DNA of 64,000 bases from NCBI GenBank assembly GCA_000091205.1, contig AP006490.2; one strand, written 5' to 3'. How positions within the stretch are numbered: the stretch's first letter is position 1; every line of letters starts with the position of its first letter. The notes under the pieces are model-generated. The model saw nothing but the letters and a program-made list of their open reading frames with translations. It did no database searches and was not told the DNA's origin. Both the position numbers and the translations under genes were made by a program. This stretch comes from Cyanidioschyzon merolae (lineage: Eukaryota). Positions 54,078-64,000 of this stretch are shown in pieces.

Positions 54078-54329
54078 TCCTGTTCGTGTGAACTGCGTAC
54101 CAGCGAGGCAACGCGGTAAGGAGCTAGTTGCAAAAGCACGCGCGCCCGTCGTGGACGACCATGCAGGCGTCCGCCGATCGATCGGCGGCTCATGTGGGAT
54201 AAACCTGAATCTTTAGGAACAAAAATGATAATTGTGGAATGAAACTGACACACAGCACGTATGACGTCGACGGGTACTTCCAGCTGCGAGGCTTGACGTA
54301 CATGCTTCGTTTCGTGCGGGGCGTCACGC

Positions 54330-55022
54330 GTGACCACAGCGTTCATGAACAGCGGGGCTGTCGGTCTCTGGCGGCGACAGACCTGGGCTCTTTCTGCGCT
54401 TTCACGGGCTGCTACAGGGCTATGTCCAGCCCTGCGGCCGCTTGCAACTGAGGCGACTGACACCAACGGCAGTAGCGTCGGCAGCGGCGGCAACGGCCAA
54501 ACGGCTGCAACGGGCAGGCCTGAGGACGTTTCCGCAGAACGAACGTCGGTCACTGCACCGCCACAGTCGTTCCCAGTAGCTGCGGAGCTCGTCGGCATAC
54601 CGCGAAACGTTTACGACTCGTTGCCAGAACCTGTGCAGACGGCACTGCTCGCGGAGTTCGCCACAGGGGAACAGCTCCAGACCTGGCGGGAGCGCGTTGC
54701 AGTGAGAGCCTTTCAGCGACACGAACTCGACACGGGCTCTCCCGAGGTGCAGATCGCTATTCTGACCACTCGCATAGCGAACCTGACCCGACACTTGCGA
54801 CTCCATAGGAAAGACGTGAGGACGAAACGAAGCCTGGAGCATATCGTCGCACAACGCCGAAGACTTTTGCGATACTTGTTTCGCACAGAACCAGGGCGCT
54901 ATGAGGACACCGTGGAGCGACTCGGTATTCGCTCGGGTTCTCTTGTGGATCCACAGACAGAACGTCGTGCACGTCGACCCGGTGATCTGAGTGTACCCAC
55001 CGGCAACCGTAATCGACCTTGA
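54330..55022 (+). CDS. Bacterial-type ribosomal protein S15 with N-terminal extension (nuclear-encoded organellar S15)
   Basis: TGSPEVQIAILTTRIANLTRHLRLHRKDVRTKRSLEHIVAQRRRLLRYLFRTEPGRYEDTVERLGIR matches the bS15 core. About 100 aa of N-terminal presequence or extension. Confidence 0.7.
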   Translation: MTTAFMNSGAVGLWRRQTWALSALSRAATGLCPALRPLATEATDTNGSSVGSGGNGQTAATGRPEDVSAERTSVTAPPQSFPVAAELVGIPRNVYDSLPEPVQTALLAEFATGEQLQTWRERVAVRAFQRHELDTGSPEVQIAILTTRIANLTRHLRLHRKDVRTKRSLEHIVAQRRRLLRYLFRTEPGRYEDTVERLGIRSGSLVDPQTERRARRPGDLSVPTGNRNRP

Positions 55023-55480
55023 GCATGACACCACATGATCGCTGCAGGTCTCTAGATGAGGGCAGTACCGACCCACGTCGACGTCGTCGTGTTGGTAGAA
55101 AAAAAAGCCATGCGAAGAGAATGATGCGCTGATGAATGCGCTCCCAGCAAGAATGCATACTGCCGGGAGGCGTTTTGCGCTACGTTGGACGCCTACGAAA
55201 GGGGCGAGAGCGGCGGCCCTGGCAGTGAACCGTTGGCGCTGCTTCGGCGCTGTTGGATGAGGTGCTTTGAACCAATCCAAGCGCTTTCCAAGTCGGTCAG
55301 AGATGACGGCGACAACAGAATTGAATAGAATTGAGAGGTACTCGTGTCTACCCCGGTTGTCGTTCTGGTGCTGGCGGCAGGCAATATCGGTTTCAGCCGT
55401 AAACGCTTCGCTGCATTCCTGGTCGAGCAGCAGCAGACTCGCGTCGAGCTGATCTACGAGGTCGTTTCTGCCGCTCCAGA

Positions 55481-55502
55481 CACAGACACACACACACACA
55501 GA
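55481..55502. repeat. (CA)n microsatellite
   Basis: Direct read. Confidence 0.85.
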
Positions 55503-56229
55503 GCCATATGCGCTGTGACTTTTCCCTGTCCAAGCTTTTGTTCTGCGTTCTTCGAGACAGTTATGGGCCAAATAGCTCCTGATGCTCTGTTGCAGTTCCT
55601 GTCGACGCCATTGTCGAGCATCCTTTGCCGCAGGTCAGGACGAGGATCGCTCGTCCTCAGAGTGAATCCGACGGCCGGTGGCGCCGCTCGTTGTGCCCAC
55701 TCGACCCTTCCCGTAGAGGTCGTTGCCACCGATGAGCACCAAGTCTGAAGCACCGGCGCCACGCACCGCCGGCGTTCGGCTGCGAGTGCTAGGTTTTCGC
55801 TCCCTCTCGGGTTTGTACACGAACCAGTAGAAAACTGCGCCCGCAATCGACCAAGCAAGCAGGTTCCTGCTAAGCGGAAGCTGAAACCCCATGGCCACGT
55901 CCAGCACGTTTACCAAACAAACTCTAGTTCTATTCAGGGACGCCTTTTTTCCTCGACAAAGCGAACGAGGTACCGCGACCAAACCCAGTTAGCCAGCGTA
56001 CGCTATCGCGTCGCTTGGTCGCTGCGTGAACCGCACGAAACCTGCTGCTCCTGTGGAAGTGTACTCGACTCGGACGAAAACTGACTGCCAGTGTCACGAG
56101 AACCCTGCGCGAATTATTTTCATGGACAAAACGTTTCCTTAGGCCAGCGATCTCCGATTATGCGCTTTTCCTTTCTTTTTGTGTTTTTTCTCAGTGCACG
56201 GTGAAGTATCCATCAAACCCCTACCTCCA

Positions 56230-56400
56230 ATTTACATTTCCTATACTTCATCTCGGATATTCTGGTCATCTCACAAGTCCTATCGTGTGCCGAGCCTGCC
56301 GAAAGAGACCGCAATGGCGCGTGTAGCATCGGTGCGGTCGCTGCACGGAGACAGGACGGCGTTGCCGTACCACACAGAGGGCGTCGACTTGAGGCGTGGT
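56230..56400 (+). repeat. Rep1 copy C (first ~170 bp only)
   Basis: ctatcgtgtgccgag...gctgcacggagacaggacggcgttgccgtacca...gggcgtcgacttgaggcgtg matches the 5' part of Rep1 A and B, then diverges. Confidence 0.55.
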
Positions 56401-58398
56401 ATCGAGAGTGTCCCTGTTGTCTCGTCTTCTGGGGTCACCAGTATCATCCACTACGCAGGGATACCGTCGATGCCAGGTGTTTTGCGGTTGCTTGAGCATA
56501 GCACGGTCCGAACAGATTCAGGCCAGAAGATTGGGTCGTTCCATTCCGGTACCGGGTCGAGGCGCGGTAGTTGTGCAGCATATCGGTGCCAATAGATTCT
56601 GTCCTGGCAGTGCCCAGTTGCGTCTTCATGCAGCTCTGTCCAGTGGTCTGTGCAGGCCTCATTCACTGAGGCACTCTCCGTCCTCAGCGCCTCCTTTTAA
56701 CAGTTGGTGTGAGCCCCAGGCACTTTTTTGGTGGGTCCAGTCTCGATCGAATATAGCGCCAGGTCTCATTCTCGTTGGTGCTCTCTAGCATAGATTTCGC
56801 CAGGGAGGCGATTTTGCGGTTTCGATCCTCTCGTTTGTCTTCTCTGGGAAGTTTCTTCTTTCTTTTGATAGCATCCTCATGTTCCGCCTGTAGCGCCGGT
56901 AGCGCTGCCTTCGGTTCCTCTTCTCCGGCGTTGGCATGTATGGCGGTGCGGTTGACGATCTTGTTGAGTCGGTGGCATTCATCATTCCGAGTTTTGGTAC
57001 GTCGTTTCAAGAACTGAGGTTTGCAACTGTTGTGTTCTGGTCCAAGCAGTCCCAGCTCTCTGGCAATCTTCTGATTCCCATCTACAAACTCGCGTCCTAG
57101 TTGGTCTCAAAATCTGCATGCACGGCTTTTCGGATCTACAGCGCTGTGAGTAAGTGACTGGGTTTGGCGACGGCTTTCTTGGGTTCCCGCTGGGGCACTC
57201 TTTCAGGGGATCACTCATGATGGGTTCGTTCGGGAGTTCTTCTCTCTATTCTTCTGTTTTTTCTTGTTGGTCTTCTTCTTCTTCGGGCTCTTTCCTGAGC
57301 TGCTTTCTCTGGATATTTTGCATCTAGGTGGATCATGAGGTTTCTGTGCCTCCTTCTCCGTATCTGGTTGGGTCTCTTTACCTAACGCAGAGTCCTCCAC
57401 TTGTATCAGTTCTTCGTTACAGTACTGGTAATTCGATATCTCGTCGTCTAGTATCGAGGCTGTCCCACAAATATTCCATGATGCGAAACTTATCGAGTCG
57501 TGGCGCGTAAGGGAATAGGAGTAACGCTGCGGTGCTCCAGAGATACGTCGTCGATTTAGGTGCACCCTCGACGAGGTGTGTGAACGCACATGCCACAAGC
57601 GCCTCCCGCATTCCAGTCGTTCATTGAGTGCTTGGCGCAGCGCTAGCATAGAATCAGAAGTACTCTAGTCAAGGTCGATTCGAATGCGACCGTTACGCTG
57701 CCGGACGCGTGAAGCTACCCGCAACCACAGGGGATACTCTATGAACCACCCTTTCAGCAGCTTCGTGTCCGCTCCCCAAATACATAGGCGGGCAAGTCGC
57801 TTATTCCAGCTTCGACCGCGAACATGCTGCCAGCCGTCTTCCAAAATATCCGCCGAGATTGTTTCCAAAGTTGAGGTAGGTACCCATGGTAGGTGGTAAA
57901 ACGGAGCCCGAGTTCGAGGATGGATCTAGGATTTGCGCCCGAACCTGCAGCGTTATTTCGAGAGCAGCGGATAACTACTCAGAATTCTCGTCAATATTTT
58001 CTGCTGCTACTGCCTCCGCCCCTCCGTTCGTTGCGGTCAAGGTCCGTGTCGTGGGCTCCCTTCGTTGTCGCACGAACACCACGGTTTAACCCACTTTCAG
58101 AGCTTCTGCGGAAAAACTGGACCCCTTAGGCGGGCGTGATGTGTAGAGCTTTAAGATAGTTGGTCTTTAATAAATAGTTTGCGACTAGTTTGCATTGCGC
58201 TCGGTGAGCACGCCTGGGAGATCCGGCAGGCATGAGACACGACGCACATGTTGCCGTTGAAGGGGAACGTGATCCTGATCTCTAGCATGTAGATCTAATG
58301 TAAAAGTTGTAATTTCTTTAACTTCATAGCCAAGTACAGTTTTTCAGTTCATTTTTGTTTCAAACCTCAAGTAAAAATATTCAATTGATTTTTAGCAG

Positions 58399-58409
58399 TA
58401 TATAATAGA
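58399..58409 (+). promoter_or_regulatory. TATA-like motif (gtatataatag) in the conserved leader, ~55 bp upstream of the first ATG of the nuclease gene. The copy-1 counterpart ctttatagcag is at 18157-18167.
   Basis: Conserved position in both element copies. Promoter function is inferred only. Confidence 0.35.
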
Positions 58410-58454
58410 AGCGTTCAAAGAGCGTCCTTTTTCACAAAACAAAAAAGGAAAGTC

Positions 58455-60715
58455 ATGAAAAAGCAAGTTCACGATTCTAGAGGCCCAGGGTCGCCGGCTG
58501 CCAGAAAAAAACAAAAAACAGTGCCGAGTCCAGAAGAAAAGGAAGAGAAGAAGGACCGAAAGGGGAGGTCGTACGTCGAAGGCGGCAAGATAGACGGCTG
58601 TACGACGAGATGGTGGTGAAAACCTTTCTTCTTGGACATATCAAGGATCCCTACAGAGAAAAGTTGCGAGACGCTATCAAAAAACGTGTCGACTCATACT
58701 CCAAGAGTATTGTCAAGGCGTCGTCAGGACTGATGCATTTGGCGAGGGAGATGTATCGCGACGTGACGGACATGGAAACGGTCGAGATTCCAGACGAGTT
58801 CTTCGACAAGACCTTTATTCGTCAGCTGATGCTTGGTACAGAGGAAACGCGGAAGGAAAATGAGCGGGTTCACGCTCTTCACGAAAACTTCGCGGAATTC
58901 CGCTTCGAGAGTAATCGATACAGAGGTGATCGGGATATTTAGACATACGGAGCGAAAACGCACATCACGAGTCTGAAGTACCATTTGACAGTGAACCTCG
59001 AACGTTTCATGATACGCGCCGTGGTTGCACTCTACCCGGGCATCTCTCGCAAAGGAATATGGGCGATTATCAATGGCATCACGAAAGATCGTAAGCATGA
59101 AGATGAGATCGAATGCGTCGACAAGCAGGCGTCAAACGAGGGCACGAATGAGGATTCTGTAATCCGTGCGGCTAAACAAGAGCATCGTGCGGTACTGGGG
59201 CTGGCGAATCCAACAGACAAGATATCGGAGTTGAAAAAAGAAAGATATTATCGCCTCGTCCTGCTCTATTTCGTGTTTCTGGACCGAGAGCTCGAACGCA
59301 AAGCAGAGATGAAGCTGAGCGAAGAGATAAATGAAGAGTGGGAGAGACGGAAGGCTGTCCTAATGGGGAAGCGCTTCAACGTGGTTCCAATGTCAAATAT
59401 CAAGTCACATTTTGTGACGATCGACTCCAGAGTCCTTTATGGCATCATGAAGGAGATCAGTCCGGAGTTCGATGTTAGCAGGGAGGAGTTCACCAGCGGA
59501 AACCGGCAGACATGCTGGAAGAGTATCTTCGATTTCAAACGTCTCAAAGTCAGCAAACGAAAGGTATTCACTGGGATGATCGAGACCGATGGAGTAGCCT
59601 TGTGTGTACACTATCGGCGATTGAAGAAAGATCGTCCAGTTCCGCCCTCGGCTGCGCCTGTGACGAAGGATGCAGAAAACAAAGAGGAAGATCCTGCGAC
59701 GCAGGAGGTGGAGGATAACGACATTGTCGTTGACGTGACGAAGGATGAAGATGAGAAGGTGACGGATCCTGCGACACAGGAGGTGCAAGATAACGACCAT
59801 GTCGTTGATGCGGCGAAGCATGAAGATGAGAAGGAGGAGGATACCGCGACGCAGAAAGTGCAGGATAACGACTTTGTCGTTGACGTGGCGCAGCATGAAG
59901 ATGAGAAGGAGGCGGATCCTGCGGTGCAGAAAGTGCAAGATAACGGCTTTGTTGCTGGCGCGGACCCCGGGAATACGAATATCATCACCATCGCAGCACC
60001 GAGGCGTGCGGAAGATGGTACTGACGGTTCCTTGCGTCAGAAAGACTTGCGTCTTTTGAGGTTCTCGAGAGCAAGATACTATCGAGAATCGGGAATCATG
60101 AATGCGAGGAAGAAAATTCCTGCATGGAATGCAGGAATGAAGGATCACCTGGAAGCTTTGAGCGAGGTGACGAGCCGAGGAGCAGACTTTCAAGCTTTTC
60201 GGAAATTCATGGAAGTTCGCATTGCGCGTTGGCATGCACTGTGGGAGGAGTATACCAAGCCTCTGTGGGCTCGTCTGCGAATGAGTCTATACGGCGGGAG
60301 GCAGCGCGCGCTCGCGAACTTTTTCAATGAGTTGAGCGCACTCAAAGAGGATGAGAGTCAGAGGCTCGTAGTAGCATACGGAGCAGGGCGCTGGAAGACC
60401 CAAAAAGGGACTACGCCAGCTCCAACGACAAGAACTTACAAGGAGTGTGCAAGGCGTTTTGTTACGATACCTGTACATGAGTTTCGAACGTCCTATACAC
60501 ACCATGAACTGGGGTGTACACTTCAGAGGGTCGAGATGGAAAAGTGCCAACGGGGTCCTGAGGAAATAGGAAAGCACGGAGAGGTGACTGAGCAGCAAAT
60601 GGAAAGGAGGGCGAAAGTGCGAGGGCTACTTGCATTAGCAAATACAACCACTGATGGCAAGGAACGTATGGAGTTTGTGAATCGTGACCTTAATGCCGCT
60701 ATCAATATAAGGTGA
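58455..60715 (+). pseudogene. TnpB-like (Fanzor-like) RuvC nuclease, copy 2. Near-intact: one frame break near 58600, one in-frame TAG at 58940-58942, and a main 576-aa ORF at 58985-60715.
   Basis: Lys-rich N-terminus (MKKQVHDSRGPGSPAARKKQKT..., NLS-like). RuvC-I-like [45 protein letters not shown] (Zn-finger-like). C-terminal FVNRDLNAAINIR, the TnpB/Fanzor RuvC-III motif. The TAG lies where copy 1 has TAT. Confidence 0.75.
59690..59989 (+). repeat. In-frame 75-bp (25-aa) tandem repeat x4 inside the copy-2 nuclease ORF, ending in the RuvC-I motif
   Basis: The units [75 protein letters not shown] and [22 protein letters not shown] follow one another. Copy 1 has a single unit (KAQENDFVVGADLGNTN). 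Confidence 0.9.
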
Positions 60716-61146
60716 TGTGCGGTGCTCGAGAGCAGATCTCCAGAGTCGACAAAAGAAAACGTTATTGGCCAGCCTCTAAAAGTTGAACTATATGAGAAAC
60801 AATTGGAAGCAGTGGCAGGTGGCCGCTCCAAAAAGACTGGCAGCCATCAGCACGTCAGTTGGAGATGTCTAGCCTAGGGCGCGGTTGCCGCCACTACTGT
60901 ACCACAGGCAGCAACGTTTTTCTTTTGAAAGACGTTTGTTTCCAGGGGTACGCTCTCGTACACCACCGTTCAGTACAGTGCAGTGCAGTGCAGTTTGGTA
61001 CAGAGTACTGCTCATCAAGTGAACACAAGGTCTAGCTACGCTCTTCGTGCACAGGCACTACGCAGAGCTACCGAAGAAAGTGTAGGAACCCTGTACAGAC
61101 TCAGAGCGCTGGAAGAGAGAAAAGGCTCTGACACGTAGTCGGCAAT

Positions 61147-63003
61147 ATGCTCGTGAAGGCTCCGCTTCCGACTGCTGAGGAGCTGCCGCAGGCCAAGGGC
61201 GCAGCGCACACGGTTGGGAGCAGCACGCCCACCGATGTGCAGGATACAGACCGTGCACTGGACCTGGAGAACCTGAACCTGGACTCCAACACGGAAGTGT
61301 CTCTGATAGCCGCGGACTTGCCCCCAGAAAGCGACGAGGGTAACACGGAGTACAAGCGGCAGCTGGTGCAGCCGTCACCCCAACGTTTCGCAGAGCTGGT
61401 GACACAACTCAAGTACCGCATGGCAGCGGGGCACGGGGAAGCTATGTACCAGCTAGGGTACGACGATGACGGACGCGCACGTGGTGTTCCAGAGGACGTT
61501 TTGGAGGCCTCAATTGAGACCGTGGAACGCATGGCTGCAGAGCTCCGAGCAGACGCCACCGTGTGGCGACGGGCTCGCGGACGCGACGGCTGGGTCGCAC
61601 AGCTGCTCATTCGAGCGCGACCGCGAAGCTGCGAAGAGTTTACGGATACTCGTATTTGTGTATCTGGCAATGTGGACGCGGGCAAGTCCTCTCTTCTCGG
61701 TGTATTGTGCGGAACCGGCCAACTCGATAACGGACGAGGTCTGGCACGAGCGCAGGTCCTGACACATAAACACGAGCTGGAGAGCGGGCGCACCTCGGCG
61801 ATTAGCATGCAGCTCATGGGATTCGACAGCGCCGGTCATGTGGTGAACTACACGAACGTTACCACGAATCGCCAGCTATCCTGGGCTGAGATCGTCACAA
61901 ATTCATCCAAACTAATCACGTTTTGTGATCTCGCCGGGCACGAAAAGTACCTCAAAACGACAATGTTCGGCCTAACGGCACATGCACCAGACTATTGTAT
62001 GATGGTCGTTGCCTTGAATCAAGGCGTGCTGCGAATGACCCAGGAACACTTTGCTATAGCACTTGCGCTCAAGATTCCAGTTTTTGTTGTTTTCTCCAAG
62101 AGTGACCTGGCACCTGCCAACGTTGCCGAGCATACCATCAGCGTCATGACGCGTATGCTCAAGTCGAGCGGTGCTCGCAAAATCCCCGTCCTGGTGAACT
62201 CCCTGGATGAGGTGAGCATCTGCGCGCGAAATATCCCGAACGACCGCATGGTACCGATGTTTGTGGTCAGCAATGTTACCGGAGCCGGACTCGATCTACT
62301 GCGAGCGTTTCTGAACCTGTTGCCATGGCGTCACGACTGGAACGAGCGGAAGAAGAGCGCTTTTGCCGAGTTCACCGTCGATGATCACTTCAGCGTACCA
62401 GGAGTTGGCACAGTTGTTTCGGGCGTGTGCCTGCGCGGTGTTCTCCAGCAGGGACAGAGCGTTTTTCTGGGACCCGATCGACATGGTCATTTCGCGCGCA
62501 TTGCGATCAAGTCCATCCACTACAAAAGGGTCCCTGTGCAGCGACTATATGCCGGTCAGTCGGGATCGTTGGCGCTCAAGAAAATTCGCCGTGAGCGTGT
62601 TCGCAAAGGCATGGTGGTGCTGAGCACCGCTGGCTTCTCCAACGGAGCCAAGTCGGGGTCGTCACCGGCAGCGTCCGGAAACGGGAATACGCCGACGACG
62701 CCCGTATCTGTCATCGAGTTCGAAGCGGATGTTGCGCTCATGTACCACAGCACGAGCGTCCGGGCGGGCTACCAACCGATCGTTCACTGCAGTACGATCC
62801 GGCAGGCCGCCCAGGTGACCTGGATGGATCGCGACGTGGTGCGCATGGGTGAGCGTGCACGCGCTCAGTTTCGCTTCCTCTACCGCCCTGAATGGCTCCG
62901 GGTCGGTGATCGTTTCTGTTTTCGTGAAGGAAGGACCAAAGGTATTGGTCATGTGACGCGCCTTGTGGAGTGCTGGACTCGTGACCTCATCACGATAAAT
63001 TGA
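61147..63003 (+). CDS. GTPBP1/GTPBP2-family translational GTPase (AGP-1-like)
   Basis: EYKRQLV, G1 motif GNVDAGKSSLLGVL, DLAGHEKYLKTT (G3) and FSKSDLAP (G4), followed by EF-Tu-like beta-barrel domains, characteristic of GTPBP1. Confidence 0.8.
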   Translation: MLVKAPLPTAEELPQAKGAAHTVGSSTPTDVQDTDRALDLENLNLDSNTEVSLIAADLPPESDEGNTEYKRQLVQPSPQRFAELVTQLKYRMAAGHGEAMYQLGYDDDGRARGVPEDVLEASIETVERMAAELRADATVWRRARGRDGWVAQLLIRARPRSCEEFTDTRICVSGNVDAGKSSLLGVLCGTGQLDNGRGLARAQVLTHKHELESGRTSAISMQLMGFDSAGHVVNYTNVTTNRQLSWAEIVTNSSKLITFCDLAGHEKYLKTTMFGLTAHAPDYCMMVVALNQGVLRMTQEHFAIALALKIPVFVVFSKSDLAPANVAEHTISVMTRMLKSSGARKIPVLVNSLDEVSICARNIPNDRMVPMFVVSNVTGAGLDLLRAFLNLLPWRHDWNERKKSAFAEFTVDDHFSVPGVGTVVSGVCLRGVLQQGQSVFLGPDRHGHFARIAIKSIHYKRVPVQRLYAGQSGSLALKKIRRERVRKGMVVLSTAGFSNGAKSGSSPAASGNGNTPTTPVSVIEFEADVALMYHSTSVRAGYQPIVHCSTIRQAAQVTWMDRDVVRMGERARAQFRFLYRPEWLRVGDRFCFREGRTKGIGHVTRLVECWTRDLITIN

Positions 63004-64000
63004 GATGGAGTTGCGAAGCGGGCTGCAGCACATTTTGAGCAGCGCTCCAGAGAAGCTACGCTGGCGGTGGCACGCTTACCACGAATGCAGCGCAGAACGG
63101 TAATTGATGCGGGAAGCACGACGCTGTGAAGCTTTGTGTTGCATGATGCGGCATGTATCCGGGGCTTTGGTTGTGAGGAAAATGCGGGTTCAGGCGCTCT
63201 TGAGGCGTTGACAGTGCAAAGCATGTTCATTCGAGGTACATTGTCCGTGCGATATGGTTGCGGGCTCGCACATCTGGAGGAGGACTCTACGGGACTCGAG
63301 CTATCGGTGATGCAAGACCCGGGGGTACGAAAGCTAGCTGGCTAGCTAGCTGGCTGAGCGCCGAGGCCCCCTGCAGGACAACCTGGTGCATATTTGTGCA
63401 AGTCCTCGCAAATCGCTCGACAAGACATGCGGCCTCGTGTCTGGAACTGCACGCGTATCAGATGCCGCGGGAATACCAGACCGCTGGCTCTATTCCTGCT
63501 TTGCGATCTTTTCGGAGCCTGTTCAGACTTATTGTCTCTATTTTCAAATTTAAGCGATAAGGGCTTACGGATTCAGATGCAGTTCTAGGATGCTGTGTCG
63601 TCGTTTCGGAGACGTTCGTTCGAGTCTCTCTGCCACTGCAACTCGTTACGTCAGTGGAATCAAGATGCTACGCGGCATTCCGGAATGTGCGTTCGTAAAA
63701 TAACCGACAGCATGATGCCGTGCATGTGAGCAAGCTTCCGTGCTTCTTGTTGCTCCATGAAACACCGCCATGAACTCGTTCACATGGGTCATCGCAGCGA
63801 TAACTTCCAGCAGGGCGTGCGTCGACGTTTTGCATGAAGCGACCAGAGACGCATCGAAGTTTCGTGACGTGGTATCCAGCGTGGATTCCCATTCCTCTAC
63901 CAGTTCTATCATGGGCAACGTCGAGTTTCACAAATCCTCGGTCGAATTGAATGGAGCGTGCTTGCGCGTGCAGCTGGCACAGTGCTCGCCGAACAGATCG

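Larger units (their letters stand above)
57880..60765 (+). mobile_element. Fanzor/TnpB-like element copy 2: degenerate Rep1-like remnant, leader with a TATA-like motif, near-intact nuclease ORF. It lacks the Rep2 3' module.
   Basis: Bases 58195-60765 are colinear with 17950-20235. A weak Rep1-like stretch lies at 57880-58195. Homology to copies 0 and 1 stops about 50 bp after the ORF stop. Confidence 0.7.

Noticed and set aside
56684-57649. ORFs 56684-57010 (-) and 57215-57649 (-) as remnants of a reverse transcriptase or endonuclease of a host transposon carrying the Fanzor gene
   Set aside because: There are only vague Lys-rich and WNICG-like strings, and no RT or EEP catalytic motifs could be aligned.
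58938-58944. In-frame TAG explained by an alternative nuclear genetic code
   Set aside because: Host genes in the window terminate with TAG (eIF5), as well as with TAA and TGA, at positions consistent with ortholog lengths.
1-64000. Prokaryotic operon, phage or defence island
   Set aside because: Every assignable gene is eukaryotic (eIFs, eL14, ferlin-like, DYRK, TALE homeobox, Utp25). The bacterial-type genes present (S15, CbiX, CSP41-like, SURF1) are typical nuclear-encoded organellar proteins.

Overview
This is a GC-rich eukaryotic nuclear locus, intron-poor as far as uninterrupted ORFs show. It is probably from an alga or protist: CSP41-like, CbiX/SirB and PPi-PFK genes suggest a plastid-bearing lineage, but the organism is not identified. 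Two kinds of sequence alternate. Compact housekeeping gene blocks carry a CSP41-like epimerase, a TALE homeobox gene, CbiX, PPi-phosphofructokinase, a roughly 2200-aa ferlin-like protein, a DYRK kinase, Utp25, SURF1, a DEP+DUF547 protein, RPL14e, a bacterial-type S15 and a GTPBP1-like GTPase. One block holds a tight run of translation-initiation genes, eIF5 - eIF3l - eIF3a - eIF2beta. Between the gene blocks lie AT-richer, ORF-poor islands filled with copies and fragments of one modular repeat family. Its core ORF reads as a eukaryotic TnpB-like (Fanzor-like) RuvC nuclease. It carries a RuvC-I-like G-A-D-x-G-N-T-N motif, a YKE..R..V..P..E.RTS.T block, a Cys/His cluster and a C-terminal FVNRDLNAAINI motif. 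The family has a conserved ~550 bp upstream module (Rep1), a ~450 bp leader with a TATA-like motif, a ~2.1 kb ORF, and a conserved ~570 bp downstream module (Rep2). Copies are at 1-990 (3' part, cut by the window edge), 17400-20825 (complete architecture, ORF broken into five frames) and 57880-60765 (near-intact ORF with one in-frame TAG, one frame break and an internal 4x75-bp in-frame tandem expansion). Solo Rep1 and Rep2 fragments lie elsewhere. No rRNA or tRNA genes and no CRISPR arrays were recognised.
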